A stretch of DNA of 64,000 bases from Mustelus asterias (taxonomy: Eukaryota). Below are positions 34,412 through 46,139 of this stretch, one piece after another. The first letter of the stretch is position 1. Each line of letters begins with the position of its first letter. A model generated the notes under the pieces. The model worked only from the letters and a program-made list of their open reading frames with translations. It searched no databases and was not told the DNA's origin. The DNA is taken from contig NW_027590164.1 in the NCBI RefSeq assembly GCF_964213995.1, forward strand, positions 1 to 64,000, read 5' to 3'. The translations under genes were made by a program, and so were the position numbers.

Positions 34412-34623
34412 ACGTAATTCTTTGTAAACTTATTTTACAGGAAATAGAAGAGGAGGATTTGCAGTCTGGACAATCAAATCTCACGTCAGACAGAGTCAAT
34501 CAATTCATTGGGATTTGAAGATTTGTGCATCTGAAGGGATTTAATTGACCATCTCAGTTGGAAACTGGTGAGAATCCGTTTCCTTGCTCCTCCTGTGGGA
34601 AGGGATTGATACAGCTGGAAAAC

Positions 34624-35829
34624 ATGCTGACACGACAGCGAACTCGCAATAGTGAGAGTTCATTCACCTGCTCCGTGTGTGGGAAGAAATTCATGTGTTC
34701 GTCCAACCTGCTGGCTCACCAACTCGATCACATTATTCAGAAGCCTCTTCAAAGCTCTGACTCTGGGGAAAGCATTGAAACCTCTGAGGAACAGGCCCAA
34801 CACCAGCTCCTTCACACACATGAGAGACCGTTCAGCTGCTCTCACTGCGGGAAGAGGTTCAGCCAGTCCTCCCGCCTTGCAGAGCACCAGCTCCTTCACA
34901 CACACGAGAGACCGTTCAGCTGCTCTCACTGTGGAGAGTCGTTCAGCGACTCAGTGCATCTCACTGAGCACCAACAAGTTCACACCAAGGACAGGCCATT
35001 CAGCTGCTCCCAGTGTGGGAAGAGATTCACTCAGTCCTCCCACTGCACCGTTCACCAACAGATTCATTTTCAGAAGAGACATTTTAAATGCTTTAAATGT
35101 GAGAAGACCTTCAAAAGAAGGATTAGTCTGCTGAGACACCAGGGCACTCACACTGGGGAGAGGCCATACGTTTGCCCTGTGTGTGGGAAAACATTTACTT
35201 GTTTGCAGCATCTGCTGAGTCACCGGCCTATTCACACCGGGGAGAAGGCATTCATCTGCTCCGTGTGTGGGAAGGCTTTCACGGAGTCATCCAGCCTCCG
35301 GAGACACCGCCGCATTCACACAGGGGAGAAGCCGTTCTCCTGCTCCATTTGCGGCAAAGGATTTGCTCAGTTTTCCTCCTGCAATCAACACCAACACATT
35401 CACTCTGATAAGAGACCTTTTCAATGCTCAGAATGCAATAAGACCTTTAAAAGAAGTGATGATCTGCTGAAACACAAACGCATTCACATCGGGGAGAGGC
35501 CGTTCCTGTGCTCTGTGTGTGGAAAGGGATTCGCTCAGTCGTCTGGCCTGCTGAGACACCAACGCATTCACACCGGGGAGAAGCCGTTCACCTGCTCTGT
35601 GTGTGGGAAGGGATTCACTGATTCATCCTATATGCTGAAACACCAGCGAGCTCACACTGCGACAGAACCATTCACCTGCTCCCTGTGTGGGAAGGGATTC
35701 ACTGATCCATCCCGCCTGCAGAGACACCAGCGAGTTCACACTGGGGCAAAACCTTTCAACTGCTCCATGTGTGGGAAGGGATTTAATCAGTATTACAGCC
35801 TGCTGAAACATAGACGACTTCATGTGTGA
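34624..35829 (+). CDS. C2H2 ZNF-E, 13 intact fingers; frame open from 34558, first ATG at 34624 (true start uncertain)
   Basis: 423-codon open frame with diverse fingers; acceptor and leader at 34441. Confidence 0.88.
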   Translation: MLTRQRTRNSESSFTCSVCGKKFMCSSNLLAHQLDHIIQKPLQSSDSGESIETSEEQAQHQLLHTHERPFSCSHCGKRFSQSSRLAEHQLLHTHERPFSCSHCGESFSDSVHLTEHQQVHTKDRPFSCSQCGKRFTQSSHCTVHQQIHFQKRHFKCFKCEKTFKRRISLLRHQGTHTGERPYVCPVCGKTFTCLQHLLSHRPIHTGEKAFICSVCGKAFTESSSLRRHRRIHTGEKPFSCSICGKGFAQFSSCNQHQHIHSDKRPFQCSECNKTFKRSDDLLKHKRIHIGERPFLCSVCGKGFAQSSGLLRHQRIHTGEKPFTCSVCGKGFTDSSYMLKHQRAHTATEPFTCSLCGKGFTDPSRLQRHQRVHTGAKPFNCSMCGKGFNQYYSLLKHRRLHV

Positions 35830-35892
35830 CCGGCAAAGTTGGATTCTGTTGTTTCTGCGCCCTGAGATAAACAATAACAATTGGATGAATAG

Positions 35893-36240
35893 GGGAGGCA
35901 GCGGCACAGTGGAATTATCACTGGACTCAGGGTAAGGCTCTGGGGACCCAGGTTCGAATCCCACCACAGGCGATGGTGAAATTTGTATTCAATTAAAATC
36001 TTGGATTAAAAGTCTAATGACAAACCTCAACCATTAATCAATTGTCATTAGAACCCATTTGGTTCTGTAACGTCCTTTAGAAAAGGAAACCTGCTGTCCT
36101 TACCTGGTCTGGCCTACATGTGACTCCAGACCAGCAATGTGGTTGACTCTCAAATGCCCTCTGAAATGGAGGGCAGTTAGGGATGGGCAAGAAATGCTGG
36201 CCCAGCAAGTGATGCCTACATTCCGTAAAAATGAACTTTA
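35893..36240 (+). mobile_element. tRNA-derived SINE with a tail shared with the 43595 LINE family
   Basis: Head 'ggcagcggcacagtgg...ggttcgaatccc'; tail 'gggcagttagggatgggcaagaaatgctggcc'. Confidence 0.7.
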
Positions 36241-37764
36241 AAAAGTTCCTCAGTATCTCAGTAACATCCTCCAGTCCCACAACACTCTGTGTAAATACAA
36301 GTTGTTGATGATTATGCCCTGAGATAGATAACGTGAACCCGATTCCCCTCGTCCACCAACTTGGCAACTTCTTGACAAAAAGTAAAGCACATGGGATTGG
36401 GGCTGTTGTACTGAGATGGGTAGAAAACTGACTGGCAGACAGGAGACAAAGAGTAGGATTAAACGGGTCTTTTTCCAACTGGCAGGCTGTGACTATTTGG
36501 GTAACGCAGGATCAGTGCTGGGGCCTCAGTTACTCACCTGCCATGGGTCTTGTTTTTTTTCCCCCTGTTTATTATGCATCATTTTTAAATTGTTGCTTCC
36601 TAAGAATCTAATTTAAAACCATGGATAAACTCAAACCACTTTTGGAAAATCTGTGACTCTCTGATCAAGAATCTTACTGACCACTGCATACCATTCTGGT
36701 CACCGTATTATTAAAAAAATCCCTATCCAGGCACTGGAAAGGGTGCAGAGAAGATTTTAATGATGAGATTTTAATGTAGAAGGCAGCTCACCACCACCTT
36801 CTCAAGGGCAATCAGGGATTAGCCATAAATGCTGGCCAAGCCAACAATGCCCACATCCCATAAATGATTTTCAAAATGTGTGTGGTTTTTTTATCAGGAA
36901 AGGATTGACAGGCTAGTTCTTCTTTCTTGAGAAATGAAGGCTGAGGGGTAACCTGAGCAGAGGTCTTCAAAATTATAAAATGCTTAGATACAGAAATAGT
37001 GTTTCCTCTTGTGGGGAAGAGCAAAAAGTAAAGTTTATTTATTCGTCACAAGTAGGCTTAGATTAACACTGCAGTGAAGTTACTGGGAAACTGGAGACAA
37101 TCAATATAAAACAGTCACTAAGAAATCCAATAGGAAATCCAGGATAAATTTCTCTACACAAAGAGTGGCGAGAATATGGAAATCACAACTACAGGGAGTG
37201 AAATGAACAATATAGATGTCTTTCAGGGGAATCTCAACAAGTACTTATGAATGATTTTTATAGTTCATTCAGGATTTATTTCAAAACGACTAAAAACAAT
37301 AAAGTGACAGGAGATAATTTGCAGGGTGTGAGACTGTGTGTGTGAGGGTGTCTGTTGCTTTTTATTGGTGTCACAGAAACCTTCCTCTTTCTGAGCAGAC
37401 AATCTGGCCCCTGAATGATGTGAATTGTACAACTCAGAGATTCTCCATTCAGAATGACCATGTGCTGTGTAAAACCTGACATCTCCACAACCAGACGCCA
37501 CTTCTGGAACAACGTGAAGTGACTACAATTTTTCAGATTGATTTCTTTGCTCTCAATATTTTCTCAGTTCATAAGTTCATAAATTCCATCATTATCCTTG
37601 AACACACCGATGGTCTCCACTTTAAATACTTCTCTCAGTCTTACCAACATATAGCAATTGGATTGTTGCTATGACAGGAACCAATTCTGTAAATCTGATT
37701 CCCACCAAACACCAACCCATATCCCCATCCGAGTTCCAGATTTTAATGAGTTTCTTAAAACACA

Positions 37765-38061
37765 GGCAGCCTGGCAGCACAGTGGTTGGCATTGCTGCCT
37801 CACAGCGCCAGGAACCCGGGTTCAATTCATGCCTCAGCTGACTGTGTGGAGTCTGCACATTCTCCCTGTGTGGGTTTCCTCCGGGTGCTCTTGTTTCCTC
37901 CCACACTCCAAAAATGTGCAGATTAGATTGATTGGCCATGCTAAATTGGCCCTTAGTGTCGGGGATAAGCAAGATATCTACATGGGTTACGGGGACAGGA
38001 CTGGGTGGGATCATTGTCGGTATAGGCTCAATGACCTCCTTCTGCACTGTAGGGATTCTAT
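37765..38061 (+). mobile_element. HE1/V-SINE
   Basis: tRNA-like head, V-domain, CR1-type tail 'ctgcactgtagggattcta'. Confidence 0.85.
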
Positions 38062-38189
38062 ACCGTCTGTACTATCATTACATTGGATCCAATACTGTGT
38101 TCACTAACACACTGCAGCCTGACTTATTATTGGAATAAACACTGTGTTTGTTACACTGAGAGTAAGTAATCTAAAGTAAATCAAGGCAA

Positions 38190-38287
38190 TCCATGACGAA
38201 GGGTCATCCAGACTCGAAACGTTGGCTGGAATCTCTCTCCACAGTTGCTGTCAGACCTGCTGAGGTTTTGCAGCATTTTCTGTTTTG
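38190..38287 (+). mobile_element. Penelope-like pLTR fragment with hammerhead-like motif
   Basis: atgacga-agggtc-atcca-gactc-gaaacgtt. Confidence 0.6.
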
Positions 38288-38545
38288 AAGTCAGTGCTTT
38301 GCTGTGTTGTCCCTGTGCTCCATCCCCACTCTGATTGTATTGGAGCCTGTGTGTGTCATTGTTACACTGAGAGTAAGTCAGTGCTTTGCTGTGTTGTCTC
38401 TGTGCTCCATCCCCACTCTGATTGTATTGGAGCCTGTGTGTGTCATTGTTACACTGAGAGTAAGTCAGTGCTTTGCTGTGTTGTCTCTGTGCTCCATCCC
38501 CACTCTGATTGTATTGGAGTCTGTGTGTCTCATTGTTACACTGAG
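38288..38545. repeat. 87-bp tandem repeat, 3 copies
   Basis: Units start at 38288, 38375 and 38462 and are nearly identical. Confidence 0.95.
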
Positions 38546-38574
38546 ACTCTCTCATTGTGATTATTGGACAAGCA

Positions 38575-39000
38575 GCAAGTCACCGTCACAATGCCCGGCT
38601 GATTGACTGCAGCGCGGACCAATGGGATGAGGAGGGGCGGGGTTGGAGGTCCGAGCGCGGGAGGTTGGTCCTCCAACCAATAGGAGCGAATGAGGGGCGG
38701 GGCCTGCTCTGACTGGAGCATGCGCATTGTGGGTGCGCATGGCGACGGAGAAGGGCTGTTTTTCCGGCTCGGAAATAAGTCAGAGGTGATTGAGGTAAGT
38801 CAGAGGGATCTCGCGGGTGGACGGAAACGCTGCGTAAGCAGGTTGTGTAAGCCGTGAACCTCGGTAAAGAGCTTCACGGACCCAGTTTGCACCGAGCGGT
38901 CCTGCAGCTCCTCATGTTCGGGCCGCGTTCACGGCCGCCATCTTTATTGGGGGCACTATGCAACAAGGCGCATGCGCAACCGCCATCGTTTTAGGGGGTA
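38575..39000 (+). promoter_or_regulatory. ZNF-F promoter, exon 1 (donor GAG|GTAAGT at 38794/38795) and intronic YY1/NRF1 pair
   Basis: Two CCAAT, two GGGGCGG, GCATGCGCA, ggccgccatctt at ~38933, gcgcatgcgc at ~38968. Confidence 0.72.
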
Positions 39001-39494
39001 ATGTTGTCAATGAGTGGGAGGAGCTTGTTCCCCATTGTTCAGAATGGAGACAACTTGTCCATCAAACGGCATCAACCCTCTGAGTCCCAATGTCTTATTG
39101 ATGAGGCAGAGCGGTGGCAGAGAAGGAAAGAAAGGGAAATAGCTTTGACAAAGGGTCATCTGGCCTCAACGTCAGCTCTTTTCTCTCCTCACAGATGCTG
39201 CCAGACCTGCTGAGATTTTCCAGCATTTCCTCTTTTGGAAAGGGAAATACATTCTGCTTTCCAGATCCCACTATATCATGGGATGTCTTTCCCATTGGCC
39301 CAAAGATCTGTGGGCTCAGTTCAGTCACATGAAAACCCATGGCAGAAACTCATAACCCTGAGGAGAATCGAGGGACTGCTGACAATGACAAAGGGAAAAG
39401 TGCAGCAGGGAGCCTGAGTAGTTGTCCTGGACAACTTCTTATTGAATTTCATTTTTCGACTGACAGTGATGCCTTTTGTACATTTCATTTTCAG

Positions 39495-39600
39495 GTATTA
39501 GAAGAGGATTTGCAGACACAAATCTCAAATGAAACCTCACATCAAAAACTGACATTGTTACTTGATTCATCAGGACCTGGATATCATCATCATTTGAACG
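39495..39600 (+). pseudogene. Extra orphan ZNF leader exon inside the ZNF-F intron
   Basis: tttcag|VLEEDLQTQISNETSHQKLTLLLDSSGPGYHHHLN, then cut off by CR1-like sequence. Confidence 0.65.
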
Positions 39601-39711
39601 TAAGCATTGAGTTCCAAGTCATTACCCCCATGGTGTAAAATTTCTTCCTCATATTGCCCTGTAGATTTTGCTCAAAATCTTAAATCTGTGCCACTTAATT
39701 CTTTTGCAATC

Positions 39712-40256
39712 ACAGAAATCCTCCAGTGTAGAAGGAGTACATTCTGCCCATTGAGTCTGCGCTGACAACAATTCCACCCAGGCCCCATCCTTGCAACCCC
39801 ACCTATTTACCCTGCTAATCCCTCTAACCTATGCATCCGGGGACACCAAGGGGCAATTTAGCATGGCCAATCAACTTAACCCACACATCTTTGGACTGTG
39901 GGAGGAAACCGAAGCACCCGGAGGAAACCCATGCAGACACGAGGAGAATGTGCAAACTCCACACAGACAGTGACCCAAACCGGGAATCGATCCCCGGTCC
40001 CTGGAGCTGTGAGACATCAGTGCTAACCACTGTTAGTGGCACAGTGGTTAGCACTACTGCCTCACAGCGCCAGAGACCCGGGTGCTCCGGTTTCCTCCCA
40101 CAGTCTGAAAGACGTGCTGGTTAGGTGCATTGACCTGAACAGGTGTCGGAGTGTGATGACTGGAGGAATTTAACTGTAACTTCACTGCATTGTTAATGTA
40201 AGCCTTACTTGTGACTAATAAATAAACTTCACTTTACTTGTACCATCGTGCCACCC
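39712..40256. mobile_element. Minus-strand HE1 SINE with a plus-strand V-SINE (~40037-40238) inserted in its head
   Basis: Head-to-head 'tgctaaccactg..cagtggttagca'; the rest of the outer head lies at ~40241-40256. Confidence 0.75.
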
Positions 40257-40513
40257 AAATCAGCTGATAGGAACAGCTTTTCTTTAGCTACCTTATCTTA
40301 GACCAATCATAAACTTGTACAGCTCTATCAGTCTCTTTTGCTCCAAGGACAATAACCCCAGTTTCTCCAGCCTAACATTGTAACTATAATCCCTCATCCC
40401 TGGAACTATTCTGGTAAATCTCCTCGGCACCCTGTCGAGGAGCCTCACATCCTCCATAATGTGTGGTGATCACTGCTTTGCACAGATCCAGATGTTCTGT
40501 GTTCCTGTCTGTG

Positions 40514-40885
40514 CAGTAGGAGGCCATTTGGCCCATGAAGTCTGCACTGACTCTCTGACAGAGCATCTTCCCCAGGCGCAACCCTCCTAACTGCACATAT
40601 TTACCCCGCTAATCTGCCTAACCTGCAGATCTTGGGACATGGGGACAATTTTACCATGGCCGCTCCACCTAACCTACACATCTTTGGAAACTAAGGGGCA
40701 GTTTAGCATGGCCAATCCCCCTAACCTGCACATCTTTGGACTGTGGGATGAAACCAGAGCACCTGGAGGAAACCCAGGCAGACATGGTGACAATGTGCAA
40801 ATTCTGCACAGACTACCACCCAAGGCCAGAATCGAACCCGGGTCCCTGGCGCTGTAAGGTAGCAATGCTAACCACAGTACCTCGC
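40514..40885 (-). mobile_element. HE1/V-SINE
   Basis: Tail, V-domain and B-box 'atcgaacccggg'. Confidence 0.8.
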
Positions 40886-41164
40886 TCACATTGTGTGGTG
40901 ACATCATCCCCGCTCCCTGGGGATTTCCTCAACGAGGAGATTTTTCTCTGTCTGTTGGGAGATTCTGTTAAAGTTGTGGTTTAGTTGCGGGACTGAATTT
41001 GCAGCCCTTCCACGAGTGGGATCTTCCATTCCAGCTGATGGTGACCGTCCGAGGCAGTTTCCCAGCAGCACGGCCAGTGATCAATGCAAAATGCCAATGG
41101 GGGAGGGGTGAAAACCCCAGCTGTGCATGTATTCAATCCCTTTCTATCGCCATCTACCTATTGT

Positions 41165-42295
41165 CTGTCTCTCACACACCCACTCTCTCTCTCTCACACT
41201 CTCTCTCCCTCACACAAACATTATCACACACTCTCACACACACCTTCCCTCTCACACACACCTTCCCTCTCACACACACCTTCCCTCTCTCACATACACC
41301 TTCCCTCTCACACACACCTTCCCTCACACACACACCTTCCCTCACACACACACACCTTCCCTCTCACACACACACCTTCCCTCTCACACACACACACCTT
41401 CCCTCTCACACACACACACCTTCCCTCTCACACACACACACACACCTTCCCTCTCACACACACACACTTTCCCTCTCACACACACACCTTCCCTCTCACA
41501 CACACACCTTCCCTCTCTCACACACACCTTCCCTCTCACACACACACCTTCCCTCTCACACACACACCTTCCCTCTCACACACACACCTTCCCTCTCACA
41601 CACACACCTTCCCTCTCACACACACACCTTCCCTCTCACACACACACCTTCCCTCTCACACACACACCTTCCCTCTCACACACACCTTCCCTCACACGCA
41701 CACCTTCCCTCACACGCACACCTTCCCTCTCACCTGCACACCTTTCCTCTCACACACACACCTTCCCTCTCACACACACACCTTCCCTCTCACACACACA
41801 CCTTCCCTCTCACACACACACCTTCCCTCTCACACACACACCTTCCCTCTCACACACACACCTTCCCTCTCACACACACCTTCCCTCTCACACACACCTT
41901 CCCTCACACACACACCTTCCCTCTCACACACACCTCCCCTCTCACACACACCTTCCCTCTCACACACACCTCCCATCTCACGCACACCTTTCCTCTCACA
42001 CACACACCTTCCCTCTCACACACACACCTCCCCTCTCACGCACACCTTCGCTCTCACGCACACCTTCCCTCTCACGCACACCTCCGCTCTCACGCACACC
42101 TTCCCTCTCACACACCTTCCCTCTCACACACACCTTCCCTCTCACACACCTTCCCTCTCACACACACCTCCCCTCTCACACACACGCACTCCCCCCCTCG
42201 CACACGCACTCCCCCCCTTGCACGCTCACTTTCCCCCTCGCATGCGTACTCTCCCTCTCACGCGCGCTCTCCCTCAAACACAAACTCTCTCCCTC
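41165..42295. repeat. Compound microsatellite/minisatellite [CCTTCCCTCT(CA)n], ~1.1 kb, in the ZNF-F intron
   Basis: Directly visible; unit ~16-26 bp with variable CA number. Confidence 0.97.
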
Positions 42296-42582
42296 CCTCT
42301 TTGCTCCTCCCATAAAGGTGAACCAGTTGGGTTTTTATGACAATCCAGCAGTTTTCCATGGTCACTTTTTCCTCGTTCCGGCCCCACAAATGGCCAATCA
42401 ACCTCAGATTGATTCATTCCGCTCAATTTCACAATCTCCCTTTGAGTTTTTGTGGGTTCTCTCTCACTCCCATTTTGCTGTTTTAAATCTGTTTCACAGG
42501 ATGTTAGAAGGAGAGGATTTGGAGTTGGGAAATTGAAACCAAACATCGCATCAGGATCTAATACAGACCGATTTTATCGTAA

Positions 42583-43401
42583 ATGGAATATCATCAGATT
42601 TTGAAGATGGAAGGAAAAAACACTGTTCACACTGGGGAGAAACCGTACACATGTTCTGTGTGTGGACGCAGCTTCAGTCGATCATCTGGCCTGTCAGAAC
42701 ATAAATGCCATCGCAATGGGGAGAAACCATGGAAATGTGGGGACTGTGGGAAAGGGTTCGATTACCCATCCAAGTTGGAAATTCATCAACGAACTCACAC
42801 TAGGGAGAGACCGTTCACCTGCTCCCAGTGTGGGAAGGGATTCACACACTCATACCACTTGCAGACACACCAACACATTCACACAGGTGAGAGGCCGTTC
42901 ACTTGCTCCCAGTGTGGGAAGGGATTCGCTCACTCCTCCAATCTGCAGAGACACCAGCGAGTTCACACTGGGGAGAGACCATTCCAATGTTCAGATTGCA
43001 AGAAGTGTTATAAAAGTTCTGGGGAATTGATATCCCATCAACGCATTCACACTGATGAGAGACCCTTCAGGTGCTCTCACTGTGGGACTGGATTCAGACG
43101 ATCATCTGACCTCACTGTACACCAACGAGTTCACACTGGTGAGAGACCTTTTAACTGCCCAGACTGTGGGAAGTGCTATAAAAGTTCTGGGGAACTACTG
43201 TCCCATCAACGTGTTCACACTGATGTGAGACCATTCAGGTGCTCTCAGTGTGGGACTGGGTTCAGACGATCATCTGACCTTACTGTACACCTGCGAATTC
43301 ACACTGGGGAGAAGCCATTCCCCTGCTCCGTGTGTGGAAAGGGATTCATTCAGTTATCCAACCTGCTAATGCACCAGCAAATTCACAAGAAATCTCAGTG
43401 A
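42583..43401 (+). CDS. C2H2 ZNF-F, 272 aa, 8 canonical fingers plus one atypical N-terminal finger; intact
   Basis: ATG-initiated ORF; acceptor at 42498-42499; two-finger repeat [19 protein letters not shown]. Confidence 0.88.
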   Translation: MEYHQILKMEGKNTVHTGEKPYTCSVCGRSFSRSSGLSEHKCHRNGEKPWKCGDCGKGFDYPSKLEIHQRTHTRERPFTCSQCGKGFTHSYHLQTHQHIHTGERPFTCSQCGKGFAHSSNLQRHQRVHTGERPFQCSDCKKCYKSSGELISHQRIHTDERPFRCSHCGTGFRRSSDLTVHQRVHTGERPFNCPDCGKCYKSSGELLSHQRVHTDVRPFRCSQCGTGFRRSSDLTVHLRIHTGEKPFPCSVCGKGFIQLSNLLMHQQIHKKSQ

Positions 43402-43594
43402 TTGGATGTTGCTGTTCGTCACATCCTGGGCTGAACCAGCCTCAATGTTGCTGCTGATGTTCATAAACTCCAACCCAGTTATAAGGTGTGAGGAGCTCAT
43501 GGAGTTTCTTTGTCACTAAGATTGAGACAATCTAATCAGCTGCCTCTGCTGCTTCCCTCCCTTCCTCGAGCTCACCGGATAAAACTGTCTCCAA

Positions 43595-44380
43595 ATTTAT
43601 TCATTCATGGGACATGGGCGTCGCTGGCTGACCAGCATTTATTGCCCATCCCTAGTTGCCCTTGAGAAGGTGGTGGTGAGCTGCCTTCTTGAATCGCTGC
43701 AGTCCATGTTCTGTGGGTTGACCCACAATGCCGTTAGGGAGGGAATTCCAGGATTTTGACCCAGTGACTATGAAGGAACGGCGATAAATCTCCAAGTCAG
43801 GATGGTGAGTGGCTTGGAGAGGAATTGCAGGTGGTGGTGTTCCCATTTATCTGCTGCCCTTATCCTTCTCGATGGAAGTGGTCGGGGGTTTGGAAGGTGC
43901 TGTCTAAGGATCTTTGGTGAATTGCTCCAGTGCATCTTGTAGATAGTACACATTGCTGCTACTGAGCGTCGGTGGTGGAGGGAGTGAATGTTTGTAGACG
44001 TGGTGCCAACCAAGTGGGCTGCTTTGTCCTGGATGGTGTCAAGCTTCTTGAGTGTTGTTGGAGCTGCGCCATCCAGGCTTGTGGGGAGTATTCCACCACA
44101 CTCCTGACTTGTTCCTTGTAGATGGTGGGTAGGTTCTGGGGAGTCAGGAGGTGAGTTACTCGCCACAGTATTCCCAGCTTCTGACCTGCTCCTGTAACCA
44201 CTGTGTTTATGTGGTGAGTCCAGTTGAGGTTTTGGTCAATGGTAACCTCAAGGATACCATAGTTCTGGGGAACTACTGTCCCAGTAGTTCAGGGATTCAG
44301 TGATGGTTCCACCATTGGATGTCATGGGGCGGTGGTTACAGTGTCTCTTATTGGTGATGGCCATTGCCTGGCATTGCTCA
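43595..44380 (-). mobile_element. CR1/L2-group LINE 3' part
   Basis: QKLGILWRV..IYKEQVRSVVEY; KKLDTIQDKAA..HSLHHRRSVAA; SWNSLP; 3' tail. Confidence 0.85.
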
Positions 44381-45610
44381 TTTTTTAAAACTGATGGAGT
44401 GTGAGAGTGGTAATTACAGCAGGAAACAGAGTGGCTGTGTGAATTTAAACTGAGAGTTTGATGTGTTAATGAGCCCAGCAAGACTTCAAACAGGTGCTTA
44501 TCCAAAACAGTTTAGTAGGGGTGGGTACAGAACAGAAATAGATCTGAATGGGCTCTTAGTGATCAAAAAATAATATATGCATGCTGTGCCACAAAGTTGT
44601 CATGAGTAAAGTATGATTAAAGTGAATTTACTTTTCTTTTATATTATCAATGTTAAAATAAAGAGATGATGTTTATCAATTCTGGGAGAGATTAGTTGTG
44701 AGGAAATTGGGTGCGAATAGAGAGATGAAAGGAAAGAACAGAGTTAATGGGAAACTGAAACCTATGAAGGGAGTTGTTTCAGGTCTCGGTCAACAGCAGT
44801 AATAGTTGGTTAACTCCCAGAAAGCAGTGTGAAGGAGGCCGATTTGAAAAGCCAACTGCTGTTAACCTCAGAAACAACACCAACAGGAGTAAAGGCACTG
44901 AGTGGTTAAAATAAAAAGTTACTGGATTTTTATAGATCTTAAAATCTAAAGGCGTTGCTGGACAGATTGGTGAAGGTAGTTAAATTGAGATTGTTTGGAA
45001 CTGTTTAAAGTATTGATGCTGTGTGAAGCCATTGTATTATTTTAAGTGTAATTCTATTTCATTTTGTGGTTTTTTTCCCCCCATTTCTTAATTAATATTT
45101 AGATTGCTATAAAACCATCATAAGAAGTCAGGACATAATTTCCGGATTTCACAATCTCTCCTCATACAACACACATTGTAAACTCAGATTTGTTGTTGTG
45201 TATTTGGGATATTGTTGTGTGTGGCATGGTCACGTGATCACTCTGTGACATCATCGGGTCTCTGCAGGCTGCCAGTAGTTGGGGAATTGAAACCTGTCGA
45301 ATGCACACCTAAAAATAAACCAGTCTCAATGCTGTTTTTATCCAATCTTGTGTGGACCTCTTGAATTGTCCTGATCTCTACATCCCCTCCAACCATAGAC
45401 AGCACAATATTGATCATAAACCGTGCCCTTAACATTAAATAAACTCCAGCTCCGTTATAGGAGTTAATATTCTTGATAAAAGTCAAATAAATCAGCTTTT
45501 TATTCAACAAAGTGTATCAAGTCTTTTTAAATATCTCTATCACAAATTATTTCCTTTTAAAGGGACCTCCATCCTCACCTCCAACAAGTGGAGGAACGCA
45601 TGGCATATAA

Positions 45611-45957
45611 GGCGGCACAGTATTTAGCACTGCTCCCTCAGTGCCAGGGACCCAGCTTTGATTCTGGCCTTGTGTGACCATGTGGAGGTTGCACGTTCTC
45701 CCCGTGTCTGTGTGGGTTTCCTCCGGGTTCTCTAGTTTCCTCCCACACTCCAAAGATGTGCAGGTTAGGTGAATTAGCCATGCTAAATTGCACCCAAGTG
45801 TCCAAAGATGTGTAGTTTGGGTGGATTAGCCATGGTAAATACGTGGGGTTACAGGGATGGCATGGAGGGGAAGGCTTGGGTGGGATACTTTTTCAGAGTC
45901 AGTGCAGACTCGATGAGCCAAAAGGCCTCTTTCTGCACTGTGCAGATTCTATGGTTC
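45611..45957 (+). mobile_element. HE1/V-SINE
   Basis: Head, V-domain and tail. Confidence 0.82.
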
Positions 45958-46139
45958 CTTGTGACTAAGATTGAGCCAATCCAATCAGCTGTCTTTGCTG
46001 CTTCCTTCCCTTCCACAGACCACCGGACCAAAGTGTCTGTGAAGTTCCTCCTTGTCTGAGCTCTATCTTTCTCCAGTTTCTCTCCTATCTTCTATCTCCC
46101 TCTGAGCTCATCTTGTCCGTGAGACCTGCCTTCAACTCC

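Noticed and set aside
38181-38606. Repetitive ORFs on both strands
   Set aside because: The 87-bp unit is a multiple of 3, so these are repeat artefacts
40999-42536. Three 418-469-aa His/Thr/Pro/Ser-rich ORFs
   Set aside because: Translation of the microsatellite array
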